Position numbers and translations under genes: made by a program. This document shows, in pieces, positions 37,401 to 46,366 of a DNA stretch of 64,000 nucleotides; the stretch's first letter is position 1; each line of letters begins with the position of its first letter. This stretch comes from a virus (Duplodnaviria > Caudoviricetes): IMG/VR virus record IMGVR_UViG_3300032332_001787, positions 128,001 through 192,000 of that record; one strand, written 5' to 3'. The notes under the pieces were generated by a model, which worked only from the letters and a program-made list of their open reading frames with translations, had not been told where the DNA came from and searched no databases.

Positions 37401-39308
37401 TTGCAGCGTGTAGCATCCGCTGCTGTATACATACTCTTTGATTAAGCTATTATTGAGATAAAAACCTGCCATTCTAGCAGATTGATATTTCTCCATAGAA
37501 GACCCGACACATCGTGCTTTATATTTAGTTTTTGTATCGATTTTAGATTCTAAAACCAAAGACCCTAAACTGAATTTTTGATTGTATGCAAAAACTTTAG
37601 AAAATATATTAGCAGAACAGTCTGTTGTGGGAGTACAATTAGTACTATAGAATCTTGTATCCGAGACATTATTAATAACCATATCAAAATCAAGATCAAT
37701 ATAGCATTGAGAATTTAGACTATTGTTAAGAGTGAGTGTGCTTGTTGTATTTGGTTCACACCATAAATATGGTCCATATTTATCTCCTAAAGTATTAATA
37801 AGATCTTTTTTGCTTTTTATAAATCCAAGTCCGGCTATTGATCCAATATTTGAAGTTGACATATCCTTATTAAAACCAGAAATTTGTTTAAAAGAATTAA
37901 TAGTATAGTCATAGTTATTATTTCTCTTTAATAGGTCTATAGTAATTTGATCATATTGTGGAGATGTACACATCAGCGCAGCTAGTTCAAATTTAGCTTT
38001 CATTGACATGTTGGTTTCGTCAAGTTTATCCGCAATATTTATTCTATCATAGATATTTCTAAAATTTTCATATAAATTTGCTGATATATAAACAAAATTA
38101 GATCTATGAGGTATCACTCCAGTAACACTATTTCCTTTTAATAACTTAAGACCAGATGGACAATTCTTTATTTCATCTGTGATATTATCCGATGATGGAG
38201 CAAGCTCTGGGCCTTCGTTGGTGGCATAAAATACATCTCCAGGAGATATATATAAATCAACCCCCTTAATTGGCCGACTATCTATAGCATCTTTATCATA
38301 ATATCTATACCAACATAAAATACCAGAATTATAATTCCATTTCCAATGAGAGCCTATTTTTTCATTTTTTACAAATATATTGTCATATGTGTTTCTAGAA
38401 AAGCCATATGGTGTTTTTTGAAAATTTTCTATAGGTGGTAATAGGTCGTTAATGTTTTTTGAAACTAGTGTCTGATCTGACTCGCCAATAAGACCAGAGA
38501 ACATAGGATAATATGGATTCAGTCCTGAATATGAAGGGTTTAACTGCGTTAAAATAAAATTACCACATGTTTTACTAACTTGTAAAGATTTATTATATGC
38601 TTTTTTATGCTGATCACTAGTATCATATTGTGAAGTTATAATATCATATGGAATTTCTCCGATACTTTCTTTAAGTTTCCAATCAATCATGATTGGAGGA
38701 GAAGATGAAAAACTACTAAGACTATTATTTGGAAAACTAATAAAATGTTGGAATCCTAAACCAGGATTATTTGTAGATGGAAATTGATATAGGTGTTTAA
38801 AATCATAAAATTTGGTTAAACTAATTTGATTGAGAGTTGGTATCTTTGGTAGATAATCATCTTTCTTCATCATTGTATCACAAGCGCCGTTACAACAATT
38901 AGAATTAATATATTGAGATTGTAATTGTCCATAAATATTAATTACTTGACGAACATTATTATCAGTATCTTTAAGTTGCCAACTTTTAGAATATGACATT
39001 GTTGGATCACAATAATTACAAATTAAATTATTATCTGTTTCTAGAACATCATAATTATATGGTAATGGAGCACAATTAACTGGATCAAAAGACGATGAAA
39101 CAGAGCTACCAGCCTGTGAAAGAATATCTGCTTTAGTTAGGGTAGAATCAGTTGATTTAATAATTATTGGTAGCCAAATACCACTAGTTTCAACATTAAA
39201 AGATGGTACTAGTCTGCTTAATCTGCTTATGTCTATAGAAGCATTAGTATAATTAGCATCAAATAATAATGGTCTATTATATATATTACAACAACTCATT
39301 ATTAGCAC
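31413..39308 (-). CDS. Giant Cys-rich hypothetical protein, putative virion/tail component
   Basis: Uninterrupted 2631-aa ORF in the tail-type block, rich in N/S/T with a strongly Cys-rich C-terminal quarter. Confidence 0.7.
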   Translation of the reverse strand: MLIMSCCNIYNRPLLFDANYTNASIDISRLSRLVPSFNVETSGIWLPIIIKSTDSTLTKADILSQAGSSVSSSFDPVNCAPLPYNYDVLETDNNLICNYCDPTMSYSKSWQLKDTDNNVRQVINIYGQLQSQYINSNCCNGACDTMMKKDDYLPKIPTLNQISLTKFYDFKHLYQFPSTNNPGLGFQHFISFPNNSLSSFSSSPPIMIDWKLKESIGEIPYDIITSQYDTSDQHKKAYNKSLQVSKTCGNFILTQLNPSYSGLNPYYPMFSGLIGESDQTLVSKNINDLLPPIENFQKTPYGFSRNTYDNIFVKNEKIGSHWKWNYNSGILCWYRYYDKDAIDSRPIKGVDLYISPGDVFYATNEGPELAPSSDNITDEIKNCPSGLKLLKGNSVTGVIPHRSNFVYISANLYENFRNIYDRINIADKLDETNMSMKAKFELAALMCTSPQYDQITIDLLKRNNNYDYTINSFKQISGFNKDMSTSNIGSIAGLGFIKSKKDLINTLGDKYGPYLWCEPNTTSTLTLNNSLNSQCYIDLDFDMVINNVSDTRFYSTNCTPTTDCSANIFSKVFAYNQKFSLGSLVLESKIDTKTKYKARCVGSSMEKYQSARMAGFYLNNSLIKEYVYSSGCYTLQNNYPRIITNSTPLSQYCSRCDEDSSYKLPNINITEICDRYQGSESWCDARDAFRANNSDGANVTGTRLGRFVLDGSKYFKRSYPVSVFNPHIDRLAFHSQGGIFYASAFNNSGSTVFVRGINSMPQGNLSLTFETKDVGIKIFNVKIEKLRGSSSDSYNCRAFPIKDSCKCFGLNTIPEYPYTCNSPLVFTNDPVLFTPGLSTVNSPKIQSYGGFSSDQLSSMIGSNTIPNHPAIGTNLSVVSKKIDPLNPYGCEKSVTITLNNYAATTWSATLPSYDTIHADIWAEILEGVDLFKPTNSQEDFETGEMTSSSNLGYQRYTNLVKLNDSITIYDQQKKKFIDKGGSLGSSVSIKLVNPYLAGLLGAEYILYPPVGNFCDSHSIFGGRGDEISSVPIKFSRIPRKQILNFAIKTPSAMGTLSKGFFHPNSGLIIGDPNLNNKTSINHDLTDNSYYIDYDKDYFRSDKTFNSGSIFIGDINQSFKKVIEQINNFDNHKKLRLYLQLPDGWYEYAVPNTFGFINEDSIYIGEPYLFEYLKQENHSISPGSWLPSCPKKPIEFDFVYNFYPTGNSTFAFNNNYPIYHISFTKSNNIKKVLVDGIRSYFYVAEKDTATVAAVDSITNLSSDEQDLISEQNPDVVLTNGTRWRYIGGSKNNYSSYRLSDYNYLYTNFSDLHINYSLHNKAGYVYNSKKTCDQEVVVINKKNLREKYTCKIIEKSIYIKYVDKNNNFIKSNNSNKNNNQFIRTYTALTFDKELKYDEAYLDFTKISDQPGGSQGIDSIIIYKNINPALKSESDSLLNNQIYSTKWTDLIDFDKKLTNELSNYIYNKNYLRDNYPNSTYNNNFNKIVINNSKYKLYNYLLKTNNQTLNISQTGLVYYTIHQKYNIGLNDSLIDSDWFNHHNFLPFMDINFIPAPGENTNNFRSNISSFLNNNNIISGTIIISGIHANLPTNHEWGSFINPSTTPNKFWINFNTGNMLRSAISFSSDVFYSNTLRIDDVPMQLSEVNHTTLFNGQNCLRTFTPSIPSTNIQFSSNKFNFNHFTKTNFTTRPFARYPIYCDTDTVGNCDSRLCGINTVGWSNYSGKYDIFVEKTKPISILSNTIPYILSYDAGLYNPIGNNQLHYIQRFELDPDNPLYPVSSNPSYTPRPSFNRYSILNEEYQNTLTSSIVDDHTTLVKNTDSLANEMFFRLVYGQKQKINLQRIDESENPITLIDLIKYSDPKIEAKDLYKNIPYDLDIGADISKERQINGSISIDGKAAVGARVSVEIENTAISISIQRNNGKINIVAEMNGISITGQIYEEQTRSKSLVVSTNSIFSPASNQTYTQIGNCKERAQKSINLSNKITSATIIIDQNGTEASFPYWQDESNPRGAPCPDTRYIYGHKDVYIAHNGGCAPNALPYDECTNRGVGPISIPNGCEGIGSKKVTFSSNGWSRGVQGGCHWNGASVNPQFDSGNTNYGPLESFDSGTIVDDVIGYSKNPRYATSECGTCFSLTAQNTWNDNQRYNIFGSEWPPSPSSTGDSCECDNYSYGYCRSSDKIDGCACKSLNYEYSDFDYNFEYARHSITLKGHKRKLVGKLRDPDIISDNISCNKTGEYAMPGPVGVLTANEECLWYSCVVSQPTRYYIYEIETINNNLPYTANCSTHICTINYTNNNITISLPNKSQCFDNTINNCPKLKVTVPDDSFVVNDSLTSECSYCDVGPNRAVMTDQSPPWDIITETRTCVLGYLLQGNPNENGPVSLGGCQTIYCNICKLCPDANSCRGWSSSNCGYGQCGKPAPDSFPWHTCITKTGGSECTPGNYFNIHYDRDTSGLGPPAVVGCDIGVHFPIETSNNDANRVYVSEWKANMKQAYMNIAVCKNNINTYDINDIIEGVVPGSCSQLNFGSISYPAIQYRATTTDPQFREATVTVLTASYTYSYRRPKNVQDILKGVDTSIKCNEFSSHCDTNNLSLRSKYKTDDCETGPHCYNRSSSKCDNDQACCRANRIEYD

Positions 39309-42300
39309 CTATAAGATTGAAGCACCCATCCACTGCCTATGAATGTAAAGATACCCATATCCCCCTGAGAGACATTAAAACTTAATGGATTGTTATATGT
39401 TGTTGTATATCTCTCATCTGTAGTTCCTGTACTATAAACCTTATAGATATCAACTGTTGTTGAGCCATTAATAATTCCAGAAGTAATATATGGGCGATTA
39501 TATATTGGTTCATAAAAACCATTTTTACTATCATATTTACAATAAATTTGCGCACCTCGTGGTGCTGGATTAATACCGAGGGTATCCTTGACAAAAACTA
39601 ATCTTCTTAAGCCATCTGGTAAAATTTCATTAGATGCAATATCTCCAATAATTTCTCCTCTAGATGGTTGATTACCTATAAGATCAGTTTCTATAATAAT
39701 CCATACAGGCTTATAATTAGATCCTACTGTCCAAACTCCAGCAGCAGCGTCCCATCTTAGATCTACCGGCCCAACTGGCCATGTTCCTGGTAATTGTCCC
39801 CAACCTTTATAGAAAGAATTTTCTTTATAGGGTTTAGTCCATGTTCCATCAGGTTTTTGCGTTTGATTCTTATACAGAATATTATTATTGGAGTCTTTAA
39901 CTACGGCACCGTTTTGTATTTTTGGCTCTCCAGAAGCATTTGGTACAGGATAGCCCTCTAGATCATAGCCCCAACCATGTACCATTAAGGGGCCTCGTAA
40001 ACCAAAAAATCTCATATTATTTGCTGGAGTAATAGGCATTTGTGCAACACCATTGCTAGCACAATAATCAACATAGTTAAGGTCATATGCTGCAAAATTT
40101 TTAATAGGATCGGCACCGAATGAAGGTTTCAAAGAGTTTGCACCCTCTGGAACACTTAATCCAAAGCCAACTAAGTCTATGCTGTGAACAGTAGTATCTC
40201 CGGTTTGTCTATTTTGAACGCACCCAAATTCCCCACTAGATAGTAAAATAGGATTTAAGGTTGCATAATTAATAATTGGATTGCCACTTATGCCGCTCAA
40301 AGCATTTAAACTATTTCTAGAAATAATAGTACGATCATCTCCACTAGCTAAAACATATGGTGGAAACATTTCTTTTGGTGAGGCACTAATAAATTTTCTT
40401 TTATCTTTATCTTCCTGTGTTTCACAAAATGGACAAGGAGTAATAATAGTTGTAGTTTTTGTATTAATAATATCAGCTAATGTTGATGGAAGAGCATTTC
40501 CTCTAACATTTAATTTATCATAGCTATAGCTGTTTGTTCCTTTACATGATGGACATCCACTTCGAGGATATTTTGTAATACTATATGTAGAACCATAAGG
40601 AGTTGGATAAAAAGATATTGGAGACAGTATTCCATCCAAGCTCATGAAAGATTTTCTATCATAATCATCTTTGAATTCTCTTGGTAATTCTTGAATATCC
40701 TGTACAGCAACATTGGTAAGATATCTTAACATATCTTTAGAATTATAGTCAGCGCCAAGAGAGTACGGCTTTTGAGACCATTCTGGACCAAAACCCAAAG
40801 AAGCAACAGCATCAGTGATAGAACTATTTTGATTTAGTTGTGGGTATGCTCCACCTGCTAATACCTCAAAGGGACTCCATCTCAATGGTTTGGGACTATC
40901 TGCAGAGCCGATACTATTTAAAGCAGCAAATGTATTTTGTACTGGGCCGTTTATTGCATTTATTCTATTATTAATTTCTTTTTTGCGTTTATAGGTCTCC
41001 ATACCTAGTTGTTTAATTCTGTCTGCATTTTCTTTATTAAAGAAACCTATTTTTCTAGTATAAGTTCTCATATTATATGTTGTTGAAATACCACCTTCGC
41101 TAACGCTAATGGTTAGATTACTAACAATAGGTCCAGCTGTGGCATCAGCAGTAAGAGAAAGTATACTGCCCATACTGTATGCATTACCATCATTACCAGT
41201 AAGAACCACCCCAGGTACAGTAATAGATCCTTGTTCTGTTACTTGTTGATAGCTGATATCGTCTCTAATCCTATTCATAACAGCAGCATCTAGGGGATCC
41301 ATACCTCCGTAATTCCATGGAACAAGCTCATCTTGTTCTTCTACTCTGGATCCACCCACTAAATTATTTACAAAATTATCTACATTACTATAGCCAGGAA
41401 AAATTTGATCACCAACTAAACCAGGATGATTAATCCATGGTCCATATGTAGCTAAATTAAATTGTATGGGAATTGCAGCAAAAGCTGGACAAGCTGCTTT
41501 TTTCATTATCGACACATTTTCAGCGGAACTATTAATGGACAAGCTTGGTGGACTAGACTGCACCAACCTACCTGCTCCAGCAATACCCCAATGAAATAAT
41601 AGTGTATTTATTCCTATATTTTGTCTAATATTATTTCCTGCTCCAGCTCCGTTGGGTCTGGTTGGTCTTCTGCTCATGTCTGGATTGAGTCTGCAAATAG
41701 CATCGTGCAAAGTAACAAAAAATAAAGAATCATCAGCATCATTTTTACCGCCGCCTATTGAAATCTCAGCCGGTAATTTCACAATAACTCTTGGTTGATT
41801 ATCTATATAAATTATTTGTTCTTCAACATCTGACTTAACATACATCTTATATACCCAATTGTCTGGTACAGATACTCCGTGAGCAGTCTTAATTCCTAAT
41901 GCTGCTCCAGCAAAATTACCTCCAGATAATCCTGCTCTAGCTTGTGCAGGACTTTGGTATGGTATGTAAACATAATTTTCCGAGGGAAGAGAATGTTCAA
42001 GAGGAAAATAGAAATACTCTCCTTGTCCCAATCCTGCGCTAGCTCTTGAGGTTCTGAATCGAATAGAATTTAAAGCAAAAGGATTATTCCTAATAGGATA
42101 TAAATTTTGCATAGCCCACATATCTCTGGTTGCTAATTCTCCACAGGCATTAAATCCTAAGATAGGTTTAATTTTACCATCATCTTCTGTGAATAAATCT
42201 GCTGTTGTTGAACCAATAACAATTGTATCGTCAATAACATTACCATATTCTTCCCAGGCTCCATCTTTAGATACCTGCCAATCAGTATATATTTTACCAG

Positions 42301-44692
42301 ATCCTGATAAAGAAACATTTCCAAATGTAATTTTTAAATCTCCTTCCCTATACCATCTCATTTTAGGAGTTCTGACCATATATTGTTTACCATAATACTC
42401 CTTAGCTATATTATCAAAAAAATGATGAATTTTTTGTAAATCAGCATATAATAATTTCATATATGGTTGAGCATTTTCCATTTTGATAGCATACGGTCTA
42501 GGATCCTGAGACTGAGTCGCTGAAGATTTTTTAACAGAATTCCAGTTTACAACTCCTAGTCCAGCAAGGAAATTTTCTTTATTAGCAAAAGCTCCGTATG
42601 TTCTTTTGAATGCAACATAGATTAAATCAGCAATATCTGTATTAAAAATATTATCAAAACAATAACTAAACCATGCTTCAAATCCAGATCCTGCTGCTCT
42701 TATTTCATTTTCTAATACAACAAATTCCCCATTAGACATATATGGTTGAGATAATATTGTAGTAATATCATTAGTTCTAAATTGTATTTGTAATTGACCT
42801 GTCGCCTGATCCCAAAATACTTTTCTTGGCTCATTCATATTAACAGCATCGGTTTGATCTGTTTGTAAATGGCCGTGTGTTCCAAAATATGGACAAATTA
42901 AATCATTATATAACACATAACTAGTTCTTGTTAAAGGACTAGCGTTTGTTGGTTGTGTAGGTACGGTTTCTGTAGGATAATAATTACCTAATGGAATATC
43001 AAATGAATTACCAAAAGTAACTTGCGTATTAAAGTCGGCAGCGGTATTAATTTGACCAACTGCTGATCCTCCATCAGTAGATAATTGAGAATATCTGGTG
43101 CTCCCCTCATTTGGTACTCGTATATTATTAGCAAAAGAAGAATCTATAGGCATGAATGATCCAGTTCCATTATTAGAATATGGATCAAAAACCATACTAT
43201 TTTGTTTTATTGCTAAATGTATGGACTGAACTTGTAATAGTCTTTTTTGTTTACCTCCTATATACATAGCTCTAACATTTTTATCAGTAAATTCTTGTCC
43301 ATAACTAAAATTACTAACTTTTAAACCTTGATTTACTAGATTTTCTACAATAGTTTTAATAACCTCTTTTTGAGGCTGTATTCTTTTACTAACTGTTTTT
43401 ATTTTAATAATACCAGAATAGTTGGCATTAGTAGAAGGTTCAAATGACACATAAAAATCATAACCAGAACCCTCACAGATATCAGTAATAAATTGTAATA
43501 TATTAATAGTAGCAGATGGTATATATAGATCATTAGGTGGAATAGGAACTTCGCTTATATCAAGATAAAATAAACTTCTATTGATACCATCAATAGCAGC
43601 AACGCTCTTACAAATACCGCAATCTTCAAGAGTAACCGAGGTTCCAGTTGAAGATGTTACTATGTTCTGATCTGTAGTACAATAAGTCCCATCTGTTTTT
43701 ACTATATGTTTTCCAACTATAAATCCATATGGAGAATATTGATTCTTAGTACCAGTAGTTAAATCTTTAAGAGCATTATAAATCTGTAGAGCTGATACTC
43801 CATTAGATGTTTTTCCGGCCGTGCCAAATCCCATACTTTCTAGATAGCCATAAACATTAAATACATTAGGCAAATTACCGTGTTTAATATTTGCAGAATA
43901 AGCTCCTGTTGTTAAACTAGGAACAGCAATGTCGTCATTAATACTAGTAGAAATTGATCCTGTGTAATTATCAATTATAAGCCAAGAGCCAGAAAGTAAA
44001 CTAGCATAACTCCTAATCTCTACATCATATAATGGAGTTCCTCCTTGTCCACCCATAGCTTTCCATCCGTGAATGTATCCTCCCATTGCTATGCCATCAG
44101 CAAATTTAAAGTAAACAGGAGTTCCTATAATATCATATCCGTCTCTGATAATATCTCCTTGATCATCTTTCTTTGGCAAGCCTAGGAAGCCAATATCAGG
44201 ATCTAGCCATAATTTGCTGCTTGATCCATCTGATTTATATAATATCTTACCACTATCAATATCTGTTGCAGATTGTGCTAGTTCAGCAGTAATGTCTTTG
44301 TGTAAATTTTTATATTGGTCTACAGATGCTGAATTTTCATCCGCTGATACTGTATATTTCGTATTTATACTACCATTGCTGGTGCTGTTTTCAGTATAAT
44401 ACTGTGGATTGCTTAATTCTAATGCAGATGACCTGAGAGCAGGGTCATTAAATGAATTAGATATTTTTTTATCATTATTTGTGGATGTAACTCTTGAATT
44501 TAATGCTCCAAACTGATTAGCTAAAGGATGATAAGACTTATCATCTACTAAACTAACTGTTAAAGTGCTTTGTTCAGCACCCCATCCTAAACTCATATTA
44601 AAATTAGTAATACTACATCCCAAAAATAAAGTTTGTTGATATGGTCCAACTTCTCTATATGAACCACCACAAGTTTTAACTGTTCTTGGCAT
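39302..44692 (-). CDS. Large putative tail tip/baseplate hub protein
   Basis: 1796-aa ORF downstream of the tape-measure-like gene, with an AGGA RBS. Function is inferred from position. Confidence 0.55.
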   Translation of the reverse strand: MPRTVKTCGGSYREVGPYQQTLFLGCSITNFNMSLGWGAEQSTLTVSLVDDKSYHPLANQFGALNSRVTSTNNDKKISNSFNDPALRSSALELSNPQYYTENSTSNGSINTKYTVSADENSASVDQYKNLHKDITAELAQSATDIDSGKILYKSDGSSSKLWLDPDIGFLGLPKKDDQGDIIRDGYDIIGTPVYFKFADGIAMGGYIHGWKAMGGQGGTPLYDVEIRSYASLLSGSWLIIDNYTGSISTSINDDIAVPSLTTGAYSANIKHGNLPNVFNVYGYLESMGFGTAGKTSNGVSALQIYNALKDLTTGTKNQYSPYGFIVGKHIVKTDGTYCTTDQNIVTSSTGTSVTLEDCGICKSVAAIDGINRSLFYLDISEVPIPPNDLYIPSATINILQFITDICEGSGYDFYVSFEPSTNANYSGIIKIKTVSKRIQPQKEVIKTIVENLVNQGLKVSNFSYGQEFTDKNVRAMYIGGKQKRLLQVQSIHLAIKQNSMVFDPYSNNGTGSFMPIDSSFANNIRVPNEGSTRYSQLSTDGGSAVGQINTAADFNTQVTFGNSFDIPLGNYYPTETVPTQPTNASPLTRTSYVLYNDLICPYFGTHGHLQTDQTDAVNMNEPRKVFWDQATGQLQIQFRTNDITTILSQPYMSNGEFVVLENEIRAAGSGFEAWFSYCFDNIFNTDIADLIYVAFKRTYGAFANKENFLAGLGVVNWNSVKKSSATQSQDPRPYAIKMENAQPYMKLLYADLQKIHHFFDNIAKEYYGKQYMVRTPKMRWYREGDLKITFGNVSLSGSGKIYTDWQVSKDGAWEEYGNVIDDTIVIGSTTADLFTEDDGKIKPILGFNACGELATRDMWAMQNLYPIRNNPFALNSIRFRTSRASAGLGQGEYFYFPLEHSLPSENYVYIPYQSPAQARAGLSGGNFAGAALGIKTAHGVSVPDNWVYKMYVKSDVEEQIIYIDNQPRVIVKLPAEISIGGGKNDADDSLFFVTLHDAICRLNPDMSRRPTRPNGAGAGNNIRQNIGINTLLFHWGIAGAGRLVQSSPPSLSINSSAENVSIMKKAACPAFAAIPIQFNLATYGPWINHPGLVGDQIFPGYSNVDNFVNNLVGGSRVEEQDELVPWNYGGMDPLDAAVMNRIRDDISYQQVTEQGSITVPGVVLTGNDGNAYSMGSILSLTADATAGPIVSNLTISVSEGGISTTYNMRTYTRKIGFFNKENADRIKQLGMETYKRKKEINNRINAINGPVQNTFAALNSIGSADSPKPLRWSPFEVLAGGAYPQLNQNSSITDAVASLGFGPEWSQKPYSLGADYNSKDMLRYLTNVAVQDIQELPREFKDDYDRKSFMSLDGILSPISFYPTPYGSTYSITKYPRSGCPSCKGTNSYSYDKLNVRGNALPSTLADIINTKTTTIITPCPFCETQEDKDKRKFISASPKEMFPPYVLASGDDRTIISRNSLNALSGISGNPIINYATLNPILLSSGEFGCVQNRQTGDTTVHSIDLVGFGLSVPEGANSLKPSFGADPIKNFAAYDLNYVDYCASNGVAQMPITPANNMRFFGLRGPLMVHGWGYDLEGYPVPNASGEPKIQNGAVVKDSNNNILYKNQTQKPDGTWTKPYKENSFYKGWGQLPGTWPVGPVDLRWDAAAGVWTVGSNYKPVWIIIETDLIGNQPSRGEIIGDIASNEILPDGLRRLVFVKDTLGINPAPRGAQIYCKYDSKNGFYEPIYNRPYITSGIINGSTTVDIYKVYSTGTTDERYTTTYNNPLSFNVSQGDMGIFTFIGSGWVLQSYRC

Positions 44693-44710
44693 AATTATTA
44701 GTCCTAAATA

Positions 44711-46330
44711 CTATGTATAACACTTAACCCATTCCCATGTTTTTTCCTTATTAAGTCTACCTTCAGAAACATTCCAATTAGAAGTATCACTTTTAATATA
44801 AGCTCTTATGCCTCCATTATTAATAGTTGATCCAATTTGTGGATTAGTTGTTAAATTTTGAGGATTAAAAGAGTCTACTAATGATGTAATAGCAGAGTAA
44901 TGTGTCGGGTTAAAGGTAATATCTCTTAAACTACTAGGTTTAGGAAAAACTACTTCAAAATTTACTCTTCTAGTTGATGAAGTGACAGTTCCTAAATCTT
45001 GTAATATTGGTCCAAGTTGTCTTCCTAAAACAAAAATAGATGCTATTATTGGAGTTGCAAAAGTATCATCCACAGATAATGTTTCACTTATTGATCCTGG
45101 AATTAGGTTTAAAGGTCTATTATTATAACTAAAATTATAGGTTATGCTACCCTCAGCTGGATTAAATCCTTCTGTTATTGAGATTGGGATAGGGTGCAGC
45201 ATACTTTCATTTCTTCCAAAAGCAGTACTAAAATTAAAACCACAAGAGCTGCTATTAGTAGTTGATGCCGAAGGTATAAAATTACGTGCTCTATTATAAA
45301 TATCGCATTTAATTCCACTATATCCACTCATGGCATTATAAAATTTATATCCATTATTACTAATTCTAGTATTAGCAGTATTGATTTGTTGTAGGGAGCC
45401 AGCCAAAGTATTATTGGTTAAATAGGGAGCTCCTGCTGAAGTATAAATATTACCACTCTGAAAAGGCTCTAATCCTTTGATTGTACCCTGAACAGTAACA
45501 GTTCTCATCATAGATTGGTCTAAAGAACTTTCAATAGTAAAAGATTCTGTATATGGTAAAGCTCCAGCTGGAACACCTATCCAATTATCTGTTATTCTAT
45601 ACGACCCCTCCGTATCGCTAGTATTAATGCTTCTTACAAAATTATATAAAGTTAATCCAGCAATAATGCCAGTATATTGTGGAGTTATTGGCAAATGAAA
45701 ATTCACCCATTCTTTAGCATGTTTTACTGGTGTTTTAGTTCCGCTAACCTCATTATTTTGGTCTGGAATATATTTACCAACAGCGCCTAAAGTTCTGCTA
45801 ATTCTATAGAAAGGATAATTATTTCCTTGAATGAAGGGCACTGATCCAAATCCTACCATTCCAAAATTTATCGGAGTATTACTATAAGAATTTTCGTCTA
45901 TTGTTTCTATATTCCAATCATCTTGTGTACTACTAACATAAAAAATACCACTACCAGTATTAGCTATTTCTGATGTTAGATCAATACTATAATCAATTGT
46001 TGTTGTCCATTGGTTTTCAGTTTTACTAGCATTATATCTTCCTATTTTAATTCCACTAAATATTGAACTAGTAGATCCACAACTAATATTTAGATTACCT
46101 CCATCTTTAGAAAAAACTTGCCTTAATCCACTTTCTAGTGCTAATAATTGATCAAATCCTTTATCTCCGCTTCCACTATAAATTTTTCCTTCTAAAACAA
46201 TAGATGCTGTGGTTCCTATGTGTCGTCCGCCACCATCTCTTTGAAACTCTTGAGATATTGATACTGCCGGAACAGGATATCCGCTGGATCCAAGAAAAGC
46301 CCAGTTATTATAAGTTATTGACGCTGCCAT
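44711..46330 (-). CDS. Putative tail structural protein (distal-tail/hub-like)
   Basis: 539-aa beta-rich ORF with an AGGA RBS. Function is inferred from position. Confidence 0.5.
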   Translation of the reverse strand: MAASITYNNWAFLGSSGYPVPAVSISQEFQRDGGGRHIGTTASIVLEGKIYSGSGDKGFDQLLALESGLRQVFSKDGGNLNISCGSTSSIFSGIKIGRYNASKTENQWTTTIDYSIDLTSEIANTGSGIFYVSSTQDDWNIETIDENSYSNTPINFGMVGFGSVPFIQGNNYPFYRISRTLGAVGKYIPDQNNEVSGTKTPVKHAKEWVNFHLPITPQYTGIIAGLTLYNFVRSINTSDTEGSYRITDNWIGVPAGALPYTESFTIESSLDQSMMRTVTVQGTIKGLEPFQSGNIYTSAGAPYLTNNTLAGSLQQINTANTRISNNGYKFYNAMSGYSGIKCDIYNRARNFIPSASTTNSSSCGFNFSTAFGRNESMLHPIPISITEGFNPAEGSITYNFSYNNRPLNLIPGSISETLSVDDTFATPIIASIFVLGRQLGPILQDLGTVTSSTRRVNFEVVFPKPSSLRDITFNPTHYSAITSLVDSFNPQNLTTNPQIGSTINNGGIRAYIKSDTSNWNVSEGRLNKEKTWEWVKCYT

Positions 46331-46366
46331 ATTTTTAATCCTAAATATTGTCTTAAATAAGATAAT

